64,000 bases of DNA from an uncultured Clostridia bacterium (lineage in GTDB: Bacteria > Bacillota > Clostridia > TANB77 > CAG-508): NCBI GenBank assembly GCA_947631745.1, contig CANRMM010000002.1, positions 3,364-67,363 of the forward strand, written 5' to 3'. The notes under the pieces were generated by a model. It searched no databases. It was not told the origin of the DNA and worked only from the letters and a program-made list of their open reading frames with translations. Position numbers and translations under genes: made by a program. Position 1 is the first letter of the stretch. Every line of letters starts with the position of its first letter. Positions 55,343-64,000 of the stretch are shown here, piece after piece.

Positions 55343-56158
55343 ATGGACTATATATTATACTTATTAATTTTTTGCATTGGAACTGTGTTTGGTAGTTTTT
55401 TTACACTTGCTGTTTATCGTATTCCGTTAAGACAAGATATTACGCATACACGTTCATATTGCCCTCATTGTAATCATAAATTATCATTTTGGGATATGAT
55501 TCCGATATTTAGTTATGTTTTCCTAGGGGGAAAGTGTAGATATTGTAAAGAAAAAATAAGACCTCGTTATTTATTGCTTGAAGTTTTTTCAGGAATTGTA
55601 TTTGTCTTGTTTGCTCTTTCTGTTAAATTAAGTATTTTTTCATTTAATACTTCAGTACTTATGTATGTAGGAATTGGAATATTATATATTACAACTTTAT
55701 TTATTATAGCAGGAATTGATAAAGAAAAGTTTAAAGTTGAAAAGCCAGTCTTATTGTTTGGCTTTATTTGTGTTACAGCATATATGATTTATCTATATAT
55801 AGTAGAGGGAAATCCTAGTATGTATAGATATGTTATATATTTGATTATAGCTTGTATTTTAACTATACTAGATACAGTATATTTAAGGAAGAAATTAAAA
55901 AATAGTTATGTAATTGATATTTTATTATTATCTATTCTTATGATTATTTTTAGCTATGAATTGGTATATATTTGTACTGTTATTGTTACACTAATAGCAA
56001 TTGCGCTACAATTAATTTTACATAAATTAGACAATATTAAAAGTAAATGTATAAAAGTTGATAAAACAAATAATAGCGAAATACCAATTGCTTTTTATAT
56101 GTGTGTAGCTAATATTTTGATTATGATAGCAAGTAATATGTATATTTTTTATCTATAA
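55343..56158 (+). CDS. pilD: prepilin peptidase (A24 family), divergent
   Basis: N-terminal Cys pairs CPHCNHKL...CRYCKEKI, first Asp in IAGIDKEKF, C-terminal EIPIAFYMCVA; second motif reads YVID instead of GxGD. Confidence 0.75.
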   Translation: MDYILYLLIFCIGTVFGSFFTLAVYRIPLRQDITHTRSYCPHCNHKLSFWDMIPIFSYVFLGGKCRYCKEKIRPRYLLLEVFSGIVFVLFALSVKLSIFSFNTSVLMYVGIGILYITTLFIIAGIDKEKFKVEKPVLLFGFICVTAYMIYLYIVEGNPSMYRYVIYLIIACILTILDTVYLRKKLKNSYVIDILLLSILMIIFSYELVYICTVIVTLIAIALQLILHKLDNIKSKCIKVDKTNNSEIPIAFYMCVANILIMIASNMYIFYL

Positions 56159-56176
56159 TGGAACATAGGTGATGAA

Positions 56177-56602
56177 ATGAAGAAAAAAAAATTGATTAAA
56201 TTGAATATAAAATCAGAAAAAGGTTTTACAATGCAAGACTTAATTGCTGCTATTCTTATTTTTGCGGTTTTTACAGTAGCAATTATGAATTTATTGAATG
56301 TAAATTACCAAATGAATTATAAGATTAGAATGACAGAAAACGCAACTAGTTATGCTATTCAGATTATGGAAGATATTGATAAAATTGCTTATGAAGATGT
56401 AAATAGTTCATTAACTAGTACGTATTATAAAGAAAAGTTTAATATTCCAGCTGGATATAGTGTTAAATTAGATATAACAGAAGTTACTTTGGGAATGCCT
56501 AAATATGATATTGTAAAGCGTGTAAGGTTAACAGTTTTATATACTTTGTACGATGATACGGAGCAAGTTGTAATTGATAGATATAAAATAAGGGAGTTGT
56601 AA
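56177..56602 (+). CDS. minor pilin-like protein
   Basis: KSEKG|FTMQDLIAAILIFAVFTVAI prepilin-type N-terminus (Asp at +5). Confidence 0.55.
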   Translation: MKKKKLIKLNIKSEKGFTMQDLIAAILIFAVFTVAIMNLLNVNYQMNYKIRMTENATSYAIQIMEDIDKIAYEDVNSSLTSTYYKEKFNIPAGYSVKLDITEVTLGMPKYDIVKRVRLTVLYTLYDDTEQVVIDRYKIREL

Positions 56603-56605
56603 AAT

Positions 56606-57058
56606 ATGAAAACGCAGAAAGGTGTAACTTTAATTAGTTTAATTTTATATATAGCTGTTTTTATGATTATTATAGCAGTTATGACAACAATTTCAGATTA
56701 TTTTTATGAAAATGTAGCAGAAATTAAAGAACCTTTAAAGTATCCGGCAGAATTTAATAAATTCAATATGTTTTTTATTAATGATGTTAAGAAAAATAAA
56801 TCAGCAGTTACAAATGAAAATGGGACAGCTATCCGTTTTGATGATGGTGTAACTTATACTTATTCTGATGGGAAAATTTATAGAAATGATGTAGAGATTG
56901 CTAAAAATGTGAAAGATGCTAGATTTTATATGGTTGATTCATATTATGTAGGAGATGTTGAGAAAGAGATTGTGAATGTTCAAATTTTATTTTTGAATGA
57001 TCCACGTACTCAAGAAGAAATACAAGCTGGAATTGATTATATATTAAAATATTGGTAA
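56606..57058 (+). CDS. minor pilin-like protein
   Basis: MKTQKG|VTLISLILYIAVFMIIIAV prepilin-type N-terminus (Ser at +5). Confidence 0.55.
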   Translation: MKTQKGVTLISLILYIAVFMIIIAVMTTISDYFYENVAEIKEPLKYPAEFNKFNMFFINDVKKNKSAVTNENGTAIRFDDGVTYTYSDGKIYRNDVEIAKNVKDARFYMVDSYYVGDVEKEIVNVQILFLNDPRTQEEIQAGIDYILKYW

Positions 57059-57145
57059 ATAAATGTAAATTCATTATATATCTATTTTTTAAGAAAAATA
57101 TATAGTATAATTAAAATCAGATAAACAAAAGAAAGGAGTCATGTT

Positions 57146-58768
57146 ATGGATAGAAGACAACCTTTAGGTATTGAATTAGTAAAAAGAGGTATTGTAACAG
57201 AGAGTGATATTGAAAAAGCTTTAGATTATCAAAAAGCAGAACCAAGAAAGAAGATAGGAGATATATTAAATATATTAAGGTTGGCTGACCCATATATTTT
57301 GATTAATGCTATTGGAGAAATTCTAGGAGAAAAAGCAATTTATCTAAGAGAGGCTGACATTAGAATTAATGTATTAGACTATATTTCTCTTGATATAGCA
57401 AAACAATCAAGAGCAATTCCTTTTGAAGAGGAAAACGGAAGGATTAAGGTTTGTTTTGCTGATACTTCTAATAGACGTTCTGTTGAAACAATAAGATTAC
57501 TATTACTTAATAAAGGTTTAGTAATGGATAAATATATTACCTTTGAAACAAATATTGATACAATTTTAAATTCTTTAGAAGGTAGTTCAGAAAATATAAG
57601 TCTTACCTCAGATGTTTCTGGATTTTTGGATAGTGTTATTAAATCTGCTATGGAAAAGCGTGCAAGTGATATTCATATTGAGCCTATGCAAATGGGATTA
57701 AGGGTGAGGTACAGAATAGATGGACAATTAATGACAGCAGTTCAAATTGGAAATGATAAGCAAGCACAAATAATAGGAAGATTAAAGGCAATTTCGAATA
57801 TGCATCAGGAAAAACAAGAGTCACAAGATGGTAGAATTATTTTGTATCCAGATTATAATATCCGTGTATCTTCACAAAAAAATATTTATGGAGAGAAATT
57901 TGTTCTAAGATTGTTGAAAAAAGATGCAGATGTTAGAGGAATATTTGATTTAGGATTTCCAGAAGATGATCAACTTGTAAAAGATGCATTTAATAAGAAG
58001 AATAGTATCACTGTTATTGCAGCTCCAACAGGAGAAGGTAAAACTACTACATTATATAGTATTATTGATTTCTTAAATAAGAATGAAATTAATATTACTA
58101 CTATCGAAGACCCTGTTGAAATTCGTATTAATGGACTAAATCAAATAGAAATAGATAATGTAAAAACAACTTTTGCTAATTCTTTAAGGACAGTTTTAAG
58201 ACAAGATCCAGACATTATTTTAGTAGGAGAAATTAGAGACACAGAAACAGCCGAGATTGCAATGCAAGCAGGTCAAACAGGTCATTATGTTTTATCTACA
58301 ATACATACAATAGATGCTATTGAAGTTATTACAAGATTAAGAAAAATGGGTATTTCGAATTATGATATTTCAAGTACTTTAGCAACAACTGTATCACAGA
58401 GACTTGTAAGAAGATTGTGCCCTAATTGTGCTAAGGAAAGACCATTTACAGAACGAGAAATTAAAATTATGACTGAGATTGGAAAAAAATCTGGTGTAGA
58501 ATTTGATTTTAAAGGTAAAACAACTTTTGATGCAGTAGGATGCAAAAAATGTAATAATACAGGATATTATGGCAGAATTGGTATATTTGAAGTACTTGTT
58601 ATTAATGAAGACATTAAAGAACTTATCGTAAAAGGTGCTTCTCCATTAGAAATTAAAAAGGTAGCATTAAAATCGGGATATTTACCTTTAATAATAGATG
58701 GTGTTCATAAAGTATTAAGTGGAGTTACAAATTTAAATGAGCTTAATAATAAATTAGCATTGTATTAA
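57146..58768 (+). CDS. pilB: type IV pilus assembly ATPase PilB (GspE family)
   Basis: T2SSE_N-like N-domain, Walker A APTGEGKTTT, Asp/His boxes, tetra-Cys CPNC...CKKC. Confidence 0.9.
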   Translation: MDRRQPLGIELVKRGIVTESDIEKALDYQKAEPRKKIGDILNILRLADPYILINAIGEILGEKAIYLREADIRINVLDYISLDIAKQSRAIPFEEENGRIKVCFADTSNRRSVETIRLLLLNKGLVMDKYITFETNIDTILNSLEGSSENISLTSDVSGFLDSVIKSAMEKRASDIHIEPMQMGLRVRYRIDGQLMTAVQIGNDKQAQIIGRLKAISNMHQEKQESQDGRIILYPDYNIRVSSQKNIYGEKFVLRLLKKDADVRGIFDLGFPEDDQLVKDAFNKKNSITVIAAPTGEGKTTTLYSIIDFLNKNEINITTIEDPVEIRINGLNQIEIDNVKTTFANSLRTVLRQDPDIILVGEIRDTETAEIAMQAGQTGHYVLSTIHTIDAIEVITRLRKMGISNYDISSTLATTVSQRLVRRLCPNCAKERPFTEREIKIMTEIGKKSGVEFDFKGKTTFDAVGCKKCNNTGYYGRIGIFEVLVINEDIKELIVKGASPLEIKKVALKSGYLPLIIDGVHKVLSGVTNLNELNNKLALY

Positions 58769-58792
58769 AATATTAAACAGGGGGATAAACAA

Positions 58793-59905
58793 ATGATAGA
58801 TATGGATAAAGTTTTAACAACAGCACAAGAAAGGGATGCTTCAGATATACATTTGATTTGCGGAATTAAGCCTACATTAAGAATTCGAAGACAACTAATT
58901 GATTGTCCTGATACAGAAGTATTAACAGAAGATGATATGGCAGATATTTATGATTATTTTGTAAGGGGAAATATTGATAAAGATAATGTATTTAAGACAA
59001 CAAAGAAATTAGACAGTTCTTTTGTATATGGAAAACTTCGTTTAAGGGTTAATATCTCTCTTTCAAATGAAATTCCTATTTTTACATTAAGATTAATAAA
59101 AGATACATTACCAAAGTATGAAGATTTAGGTGTTCCAGATGTTGTTAGAAGAACTACATATCAACCACAAGGGTTAATTCTGGTAACAGGAAAAACAAAT
59201 TCAGGAAAAACAACGACGTTAAATGCTTTAATTAATGAAATTAATGAAACACAAAATAAAAAGATTTTAACATTAGAAAAACCAGTTGAGTATAAACATG
59301 TTTGTAAAAAATCTATTATAGTACAAAAAGAAATTGGACCTGGAGGAGATTCTTTAACTTATAGTGATGGTGTTAAGAACTGTCTAAGAGAAGACTGTGA
59401 TATTCTTGTAGTAGGAGAGATAAGAGATAGGGAAACTATGGAAGCTGCTATTGAAACAGCAGAATCTGGCCACTTAGTTATTGGAACTCTACATACTAAG
59501 TCTTGTGCAGAAACAATTGATAGAATGGTTAATTTTTATGATATTAGAGATCAACAGCAAGTTAAGTATTTAATAGCATCTCTTTTAAAATTAGTTATTT
59601 CGCAAAGATTATTGCCAGCTAGGGATGGTTCATTAGTATTAGTTCCTGAAGTTATGGTTGTAGACAATATTATTTCAGGTATTATTCGTAAAGAAAAAAT
59701 TAGTGTTGCTGAAATAGAAGATGCTATTCAAAGTAATAGTGAAAAAGGAAGTATTAGTTTAATTAATTCAATTGCTCAATTATTTGTAGATGATATTATT
59801 ACATTAGATCAAGCGAAGGCTCAGATAGAGGAGAAAAATATAGAAATATTGAATAGAACAATAATGCAATTAAAAATAAAAAGGGATAGAAAAACAACAT
59901 TATAA
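58793..59905 (+). CDS. pilT: twitching-motility retraction ATPase PilT
   Basis: ASDIHL..., GKTNSGKTTT, VGEIRDRETMEAAIETAESGHLVIGTLHT; about 370 aa. Confidence 0.9.
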   Translation: MIDMDKVLTTAQERDASDIHLICGIKPTLRIRRQLIDCPDTEVLTEDDMADIYDYFVRGNIDKDNVFKTTKKLDSSFVYGKLRLRVNISLSNEIPIFTLRLIKDTLPKYEDLGVPDVVRRTTYQPQGLILVTGKTNSGKTTTLNALINEINETQNKKILTLEKPVEYKHVCKKSIIVQKEIGPGGDSLTYSDGVKNCLREDCDILVVGEIRDRETMEAAIETAESGHLVIGTLHTKSCAETIDRMVNFYDIRDQQQVKYLIASLLKLVISQRLLPARDGSLVLVPEVMVVDNIISGIIRKEKISVAEIEDAIQSNSEKGSISLINSIAQLFVDDIITLDQAKAQIEEKNIEILNRTIMQLKIKRDRKTTL

Positions 59906-59928
59906 TGATATAATGAAGAAGGGAGGAA

Positions 59929-61296
59929 ATGATGCCAGAGTATATTTATCGTGCAGTAACACCGAAAGGACAAGTTGTAAAAAATAGAGTAGAAGAAGCA
60001 AGTAGAAACACTTTAATTAAAAAATTGAAAAATAATGACTTATTACCAATTAGCATTGTTCAAGTAGGGTTAATGAATAAAAAAATAGGCGGAAAGCCTA
60101 ATAAAAGAAATATGCTAGATATTAGTGAGATTATGACACAGGCGGAATCATCTAGTATTTTACAAGGTAAAGCTTCAATGAAACCAACTTTAAAAGAAAA
60201 AGTTAGTTTAGCTTTATCAAAAGATGAAAAAATAACAATTCAAGATGTTATTATTTTTACACAGAATTTTTATTTATTGAAAAAAGCAAATTTTAATAAT
60301 ATTCATGCATTAAGTACAATTATAGATAGTACAGAGAATTTATCTTTAAGAGGTGTATTACAGGATATTCTAGCCGGAGTTGAAGGTGGAGAATATATGT
60401 ATGTCACAATGGAATACTATTCAAATATATTTCCGTACATATATATTAATATGATAAAGGTAGGAGAGTTATCTGGTAACTTAACACAGTCATTGGAGCA
60501 AGCTGTAAAATATCTAGAAACTTCTTCAACAACACAAAGAACTTTAAGAGGAATTATAATTCCTAATGCACTTCAACTTGTATTAATTTTAGGATTGTTA
60601 ATATTTGGTGTTGCATATATTATTCCTTTAATACAAGATGCGTTTGCCCAATCGGGTACAACAGCACAATTACCTGGTATTACACTGTGGTTTGTTGATT
60701 TTTGTAATATGATAATGGCTAATTGGTATTTGCCTTTTATAGTCATTGTAGGTATTATAGCGTTAATTATTGCGTATGTTAATACACCTAAAGGAAAATA
60801 TCAGTTCCATTATTTTAAATATACAATGCCTGTTTTTGGAAAGTTAATTTTTGCAATGGACTTTTCAAGACTAATGAAGGCTATGTTATTAAATTTACAA
60901 AATGGTATGAGAATTCAAGATTCTCTTGAAGTAGGTAAATCAGTTATAAAAAACTATGTTATGCTTTCTATTATAGAGACTGCTATTAATAATATTTTAA
61001 TAGGTGCCTCTTGGATAGAACCATTTGAAAGATCTGGACTATGTTCATCAATGCAAACAGAAATGCTTAAAATAGGTATGCAAACAGACTTACCAGAAAT
61101 GATGGAAAAATTAGTAGAATATATGGATATTGAAATTAATAACCAAATGCAAAGAGTAATGAAAGTATTACCACAGATTGTTTACTCTATCGTTGGAGTA
61201 TTCTTAATCTTCTTAGTATTAGTTATTATTGTACCTTGTGTTCAATTATATATGGGTGATTGGATCTTTGATGCAGTTGATTTACCACCACTATAA
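59929..61296 (+). CDS. pilC: type IV pilus platform protein PilC (GspF family)
   Basis: YIYRAVTPKGQVVKNRVEE start, two GspF-like repeats, 3 TM. Confidence 0.8.
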   Translation: MMPEYIYRAVTPKGQVVKNRVEEASRNTLIKKLKNNDLLPISIVQVGLMNKKIGGKPNKRNMLDISEIMTQAESSSILQGKASMKPTLKEKVSLALSKDEKITIQDVIIFTQNFYLLKKANFNNIHALSTIIDSTENLSLRGVLQDILAGVEGGEYMYVTMEYYSNIFPYIYINMIKVGELSGNLTQSLEQAVKYLETSSTTQRTLRGIIIPNALQLVLILGLLIFGVAYIIPLIQDAFAQSGTTAQLPGITLWFVDFCNMIMANWYLPFIVIVGIIALIIAYVNTPKGKYQFHYFKYTMPVFGKLIFAMDFSRLMKAMLLNLQNGMRIQDSLEVGKSVIKNYVMLSIIETAINNILIGASWIEPFERSGLCSSMQTEMLKIGMQTDLPEMMEKLVEYMDIEINNQMQRVMKVLPQIVYSIVGVFLIFLVLVIIVPCVQLYMGDWIFDAVDLPPL

Positions 61297-61313
61297 AAGA
61301 AAAATAAAACTAG

Positions 61314-61346
61314 AAATGCAAGTAATTAATTACTTGCATTTTTGTT
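61314..61346 (+). terminator. terminator of pilus operon
   Basis: AAATGCAAGTAATT / AATTACTTGCATTT perfect palindrome followed by TTTGTTTG. Confidence 0.8.
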
Positions 61347-61391
61347 TGTTTTGAATTATTATAGATGAAGAAATAAAAAAATAGGTGAAAA

Positions 61392-62291
61392 ATGATGAAA
61401 GTAGGAATTGATATAGGTGGAAGCCATATAGCTGTAGGTTTAGTAGATGATAATGGAAAAATTATTGAAAAAGTAGAAGAAGACATTAAGCTACAAGATA
61501 ATATGGAGAAATATATTGTGGATTATGTGGATATAGCATTACAAAAATTTAGTAAAACTGCAGATATTTCATATATTGGAATTGCAGGTCCAGGAAATCC
61601 TAAAGGATGTATTATTTCACATCTAGTTAATTTAGGAATTGAACAGATTGATTTCAAGGCTATTCAAGAAAAATATAATATACAAATAGAATCTTTAAAT
61701 GATGGAAAAGCATCAGCATTAGCAGAAAAACAATATGGAGCTATGAAGGAATTTCAGGATGCAGTATTTTTATGCTTAGGAACTGGTATAGGTGGAGCAG
61801 TTATTCTTAATAATGCCTTGTTACAAGCAAATCGAAATCCAGGATTTGAATTAGGTCATATGATTATTCAAAAAGATGGAATCCAATGTAATTGTGGTAA
61901 AAAAGGGTGTTTTGAAACTTATTGTTCAATGAAACGATTTAAAGTTAATTTAGTTGATACATTAAAAAGACTTGGAATAGATGCTTCTGTCAAAGATGCT
62001 TCTGGTTTGGTTAGATTATTGAAAGAAAATCTTGATAAAGAGCCAGTAAGTCAATTAGTAAATTGTTATATAGATGATTTAATAATAGGGTTGTCTAATA
62101 TTATTGATATTTTTGAACCGCAAGGAATTGTTTTAGGCGGAAGTTTTGTATATTTCAAAGATGTCTTATATCAAAAATTAATGAATGAAATGGAAAAGAG
62201 AAAATATGTATTTAATAAAGATTCTTTACCGAAGATAAAGCTTGCAGAGTTTCAAAATGATGCTGGCATAATTGGTGCTACGTTATTGTAA
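61392..62291 (+). CDS. glcK: ROK-family glucokinase
   Basis: VGIDIGGSHIAVGLV..., LGTGIGGA, Zn motif GHMII...CNCGKKGCFETYCS. Confidence 0.85.
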   Translation: MMKVGIDIGGSHIAVGLVDDNGKIIEKVEEDIKLQDNMEKYIVDYVDIALQKFSKTADISYIGIAGPGNPKGCIISHLVNLGIEQIDFKAIQEKYNIQIESLNDGKASALAEKQYGAMKEFQDAVFLCLGTGIGGAVILNNALLQANRNPGFELGHMIIQKDGIQCNCGKKGCFETYCSMKRFKVNLVDTLKRLGIDASVKDASGLVRLLKENLDKEPVSQLVNCYIDDLIIGLSNIIDIFEPQGIVLGGSFVYFKDVLYQKLMNEMEKRKYVFNKDSLPKIKLAEFQNDAGIIGATLL

Positions 62292-62317
62292 AAAATGGAA
62301 AATAGAAGGGATTTTAA

Positions 62318-63313
62318 ATGAAAAAAATTATAATAGTATTGCTTAGTATTATCGTTTTGATATGTGCGGTAATGGGTATATACTATGTTTTTCAGTTGCA
62401 AAAAAATGTAGATACTATGGCAGAGGTTATACAAGAAGAAAATGATGAACCGCCTGTAATTATTTTAAAAGGAGATAAGGATATTACTTTAAATGAAGGG
62501 GAATCTTATAAAGAACAAGGATATTCTGCTACAGACGATAGAGATGGAAGCCTTGTAAAAAATGTTAAGGTAGAAAAGAAAAATGTGACAGATACACAAT
62601 ATAATTTAGTATATACAGTAGCGGATTCTTCTGGAAATATTGCTAAAGAAGAAAGACATGTTAAATTTCATAAGAAAAAGAAAAATAAAGGAGTAATCTA
62701 TTTAACTTTTGATGATGGTCCATCTAGTAATACTAATAATATATTAGATATTTTAAAAGAGGAGAAAGTAAAAGCAACATTTTTCTTATTAAATTACGAG
62801 AAAAGCCAAGAAAATCTTGTACAAAGAGAATTTAAAGAAGGTCATGCGTTAGGAATTCATGGATATTCTCATGATTATGGTAAAATCTATAAATCTGTTG
62901 ATGCTTATATGGAGAATTTAGATAAATTGCAAAAGAAAATTTATCAAACGACTGGAAAAAAAGTTACTATTACTAGATTCCCTGGAGGTAGTTCTAATAC
63001 AATTAGTGATTTTAATCCTGGAATCATGTCCAAACTTTGTAAGGAAATTGGAAAAAAAGGATATAAATATTGTGATTGGAATGTGGATTCAGAAGATGCA
63101 GGAGGAGCAAGAAATTCTGATGAAATTTATAAAAATGTTATTAAAGATTTAAGAAAAGATAGAAACAATGTTGTATTGATGCATGACGCTTCAGATAAAA
63201 TAAATACTGTAAAAGCTTTGAGAAAAATTATTAAGTATGGAAAGGAGCATGGATATACTTTTGATATACTTACTCCAGAAACAGAGATGGTACATCACGG
63301 AATTGCGAATTAA
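62318..63313 (+). CDS. polysaccharide deacetylase (NodB domain) with N-terminal TM and Ig-like (DUF5011-type) domain
   Basis: PVIILKGDKDITLNEGESYKEQGYSATDDRDGSL...; NodB motifs LTFDDGPS, HGYSH, VVLMHD. Confidence 0.85.
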   Translation: MKKIIIVLLSIIVLICAVMGIYYVFQLQKNVDTMAEVIQEENDEPPVIILKGDKDITLNEGESYKEQGYSATDDRDGSLVKNVKVEKKNVTDTQYNLVYTVADSSGNIAKEERHVKFHKKKKNKGVIYLTFDDGPSSNTNNILDILKEEKVKATFFLLNYEKSQENLVQREFKEGHALGIHGYSHDYGKIYKSVDAYMENLDKLQKKIYQTTGKKVTITRFPGGSSNTISDFNPGIMSKLCKEIGKKGYKYCDWNVDSEDAGGARNSDEIYKNVIKDLRKDRNNVVLMHDASDKINTVKALRKIIKYGKEHGYTFDILTPETEMVHHGIAN

Positions 63314-63328
63314 ATAAAAATTTTAATA

Positions 63329-63357
63329 TTGACAAAATGTAATATTATTGGTATAAA
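63329..63357 (+). promoter_or_regulatory. near-consensus extended -10 promoter
   Basis: TTGACA (63329-63334), 17 nt spacer, TGg TATAAA (63349-63357). Confidence 0.6.
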
Positions 63358-63390
63358 ATAAGTTAAACAAAAGAAGGAGAAAAATATAAG

Positions 63391-63447
63391 ATGATAAAAG
63401 CTGAAACCGTTGCGAGAGTACACACACACACACACACACACAAGTAA
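63391..63447 (+). CDS. 18-codon leader-like ORF containing the (CA)11 run
   Basis: SD AAGGAGA; MIKAETVARVHTHTHTHK*; not in ORF track (too short). Confidence 0.3.
   Translation: MIKAETVARVHTHTHTHK
63421..63442 (+). repeat. (CA)11 dinucleotide microsatellite
   Basis: cacacacacacacacacacaca read directly. Confidence 0.95.
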
Positions 63448-63500
63448 CTTTATAGAAACAAAAAAGGACAATAGAGCCCTTTATTTAATATGTTCAATGG

Positions 63501-63521
63501 CAGACTATTTTTGGTAGTCTG
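63501..63521 (+). terminator. short hairpin (weak terminator/attenuator candidate)
   Basis: CAGACTA tttttgg TAGTCTG followed by TCATTTT. Confidence 0.4.
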
Positions 63522-63534
63522 TCATTTTGTCACT

Positions 63535-63586
63535 TTGTCACTTTGGGGACGTTCTTTAAAGTGACACTTTTGTCACTTGAGGGACA
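63535..63586 (-). repeat. interspersed structured repeat, copy 2 (inverted relative to copy 1)
   Basis: rc reads TGTCCCTCAAGTGACAAAAGTGTCACTTTAAAGAACGTCCCCAAAGTGACAA; by hand alignment 46 of 52 positions match 32216-32267. Confidence 0.85.
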
Positions 63587-63655
63587 GACTTAAAGAAAAA
63601 GACTTGAATAGGTTGTACTTAGAAAACTAGAAATGTAAAGGAGGAAAGAAAACAG

Positions 63656-64000
63656 ATGAAAAAAGAAAAAATAAGAGAAAGACTAAGACAGTGCAAAGGA
63701 ATAACATTAATTGCATTAGTAGTAACAATAGTGGTATTAATTATTTTGGCGGTGATAAGTATTAATTCAATATTTGGAGAGAATGGATTGATAACAAGTA
63801 CACAGAAAGCAGAAGTAGAGCATACTCATGCAACAGTATGGGAATATATGGAGATGTCATACTCAGACTACTGGGCAGGGAAAGTAGCAGGAGAAAAGAA
63901 AGATTTAATAGAATATTTACAAAAAAGCTACATAATAGGAGAGAATATAGGAGAAGAGAAATACAAAATAAATGTAGAAAAACTAGTAGGAAGAAAAATG
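63656..64000 (+). CDS. pilin-like protein with prepilin-type N-terminus (5' part; continues past window end)
   Basis: SD AAAGGAGGAAAG; MKKEKIRERLRQCKG|ITLIALVVTIVVLIILAVISINSIF..., same Glu5-less motif as 54978 pilin; frame open to the window end. Confidence 0.6.
   Translation, partial: MKKEKIRERLRQCKGITLIALVVTIVVLIILAVISINSIFGENGLITSTQKAEVEHTHATVWEYMEMSYSDYWAGKVAGEKKDLIEYLQKSYIIGENIGEEKYKINVEKLVGRKM

Noticed and set aside
1-64000. CRISPR arrays, tRNA, rRNA or prophage structural genes
   Set aside because: I scanned intergenic regions for regularly spaced repeats and for G+C-rich tRNA-like segments (for example the GGTTCGAATCC type) and found none. The only mobile-element-type gene is the Rpn-family nuclease.

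Overview
Low-G+C, densely coding chromosomal segment of a Firmicutes, Clostridia-like spore former (alpha/beta SASP, dpaA, a Spo0A-type regulator, ctsR-mcsA-mcsB-clpC). No rRNA, tRNA or CRISPR array was seen. Housekeeping content: asnS behind a T-box leader, gatC-(HAD)-gatA-gatB, rpsT, hpf, trmL, nifS, metK, a Cys/Met PLP enzyme, dapF-murE, uppP, glcK and a polysaccharide deacetylase. Accessory content: (1) a beta-helix surface protein with two class-B sortases, one lacking the catalytic His. (2) An ECF-sigma/anti-sigma/ABC-2 exporter module present as a large, unequally decayed inverted duplication (about 14859-19970 vs 24008-27678). It encloses a 4-kb core holding a Spo0A-like regulator with a degenerate receiver, a perfect 0A box, a third sigma/anti-sigma pair, and a higher-G+C secreted-protein gene bracketed by perfect 15-bp inverted repeats. 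(3) A single-gene, strikingly G+C-rich island (35901-36458) with its own near-consensus promoter, between clpC and a CDF transporter. (4) A type IV pilus locus whose pilins lack Glu5, including a 71-aa pilin. (5) A roughly 52-nt structured repeat found upstream of mcsB and of a second pilin-like locus, the latter also preceded by a (CA)11 microsatellite. Several genes are frame-disrupted: an 11-bp x4 tandem repeat, an A5 run, an (AT)5 run, a 1-nt insertion, and two in-frame stops. The best candidates for something undescribed are the IR-bracketed cassette with its Spo0A-like regulator and the orphan G+C-rich gene. All calls are hand motif recognition, with no database search; coordinates of small sites were counted by hand.
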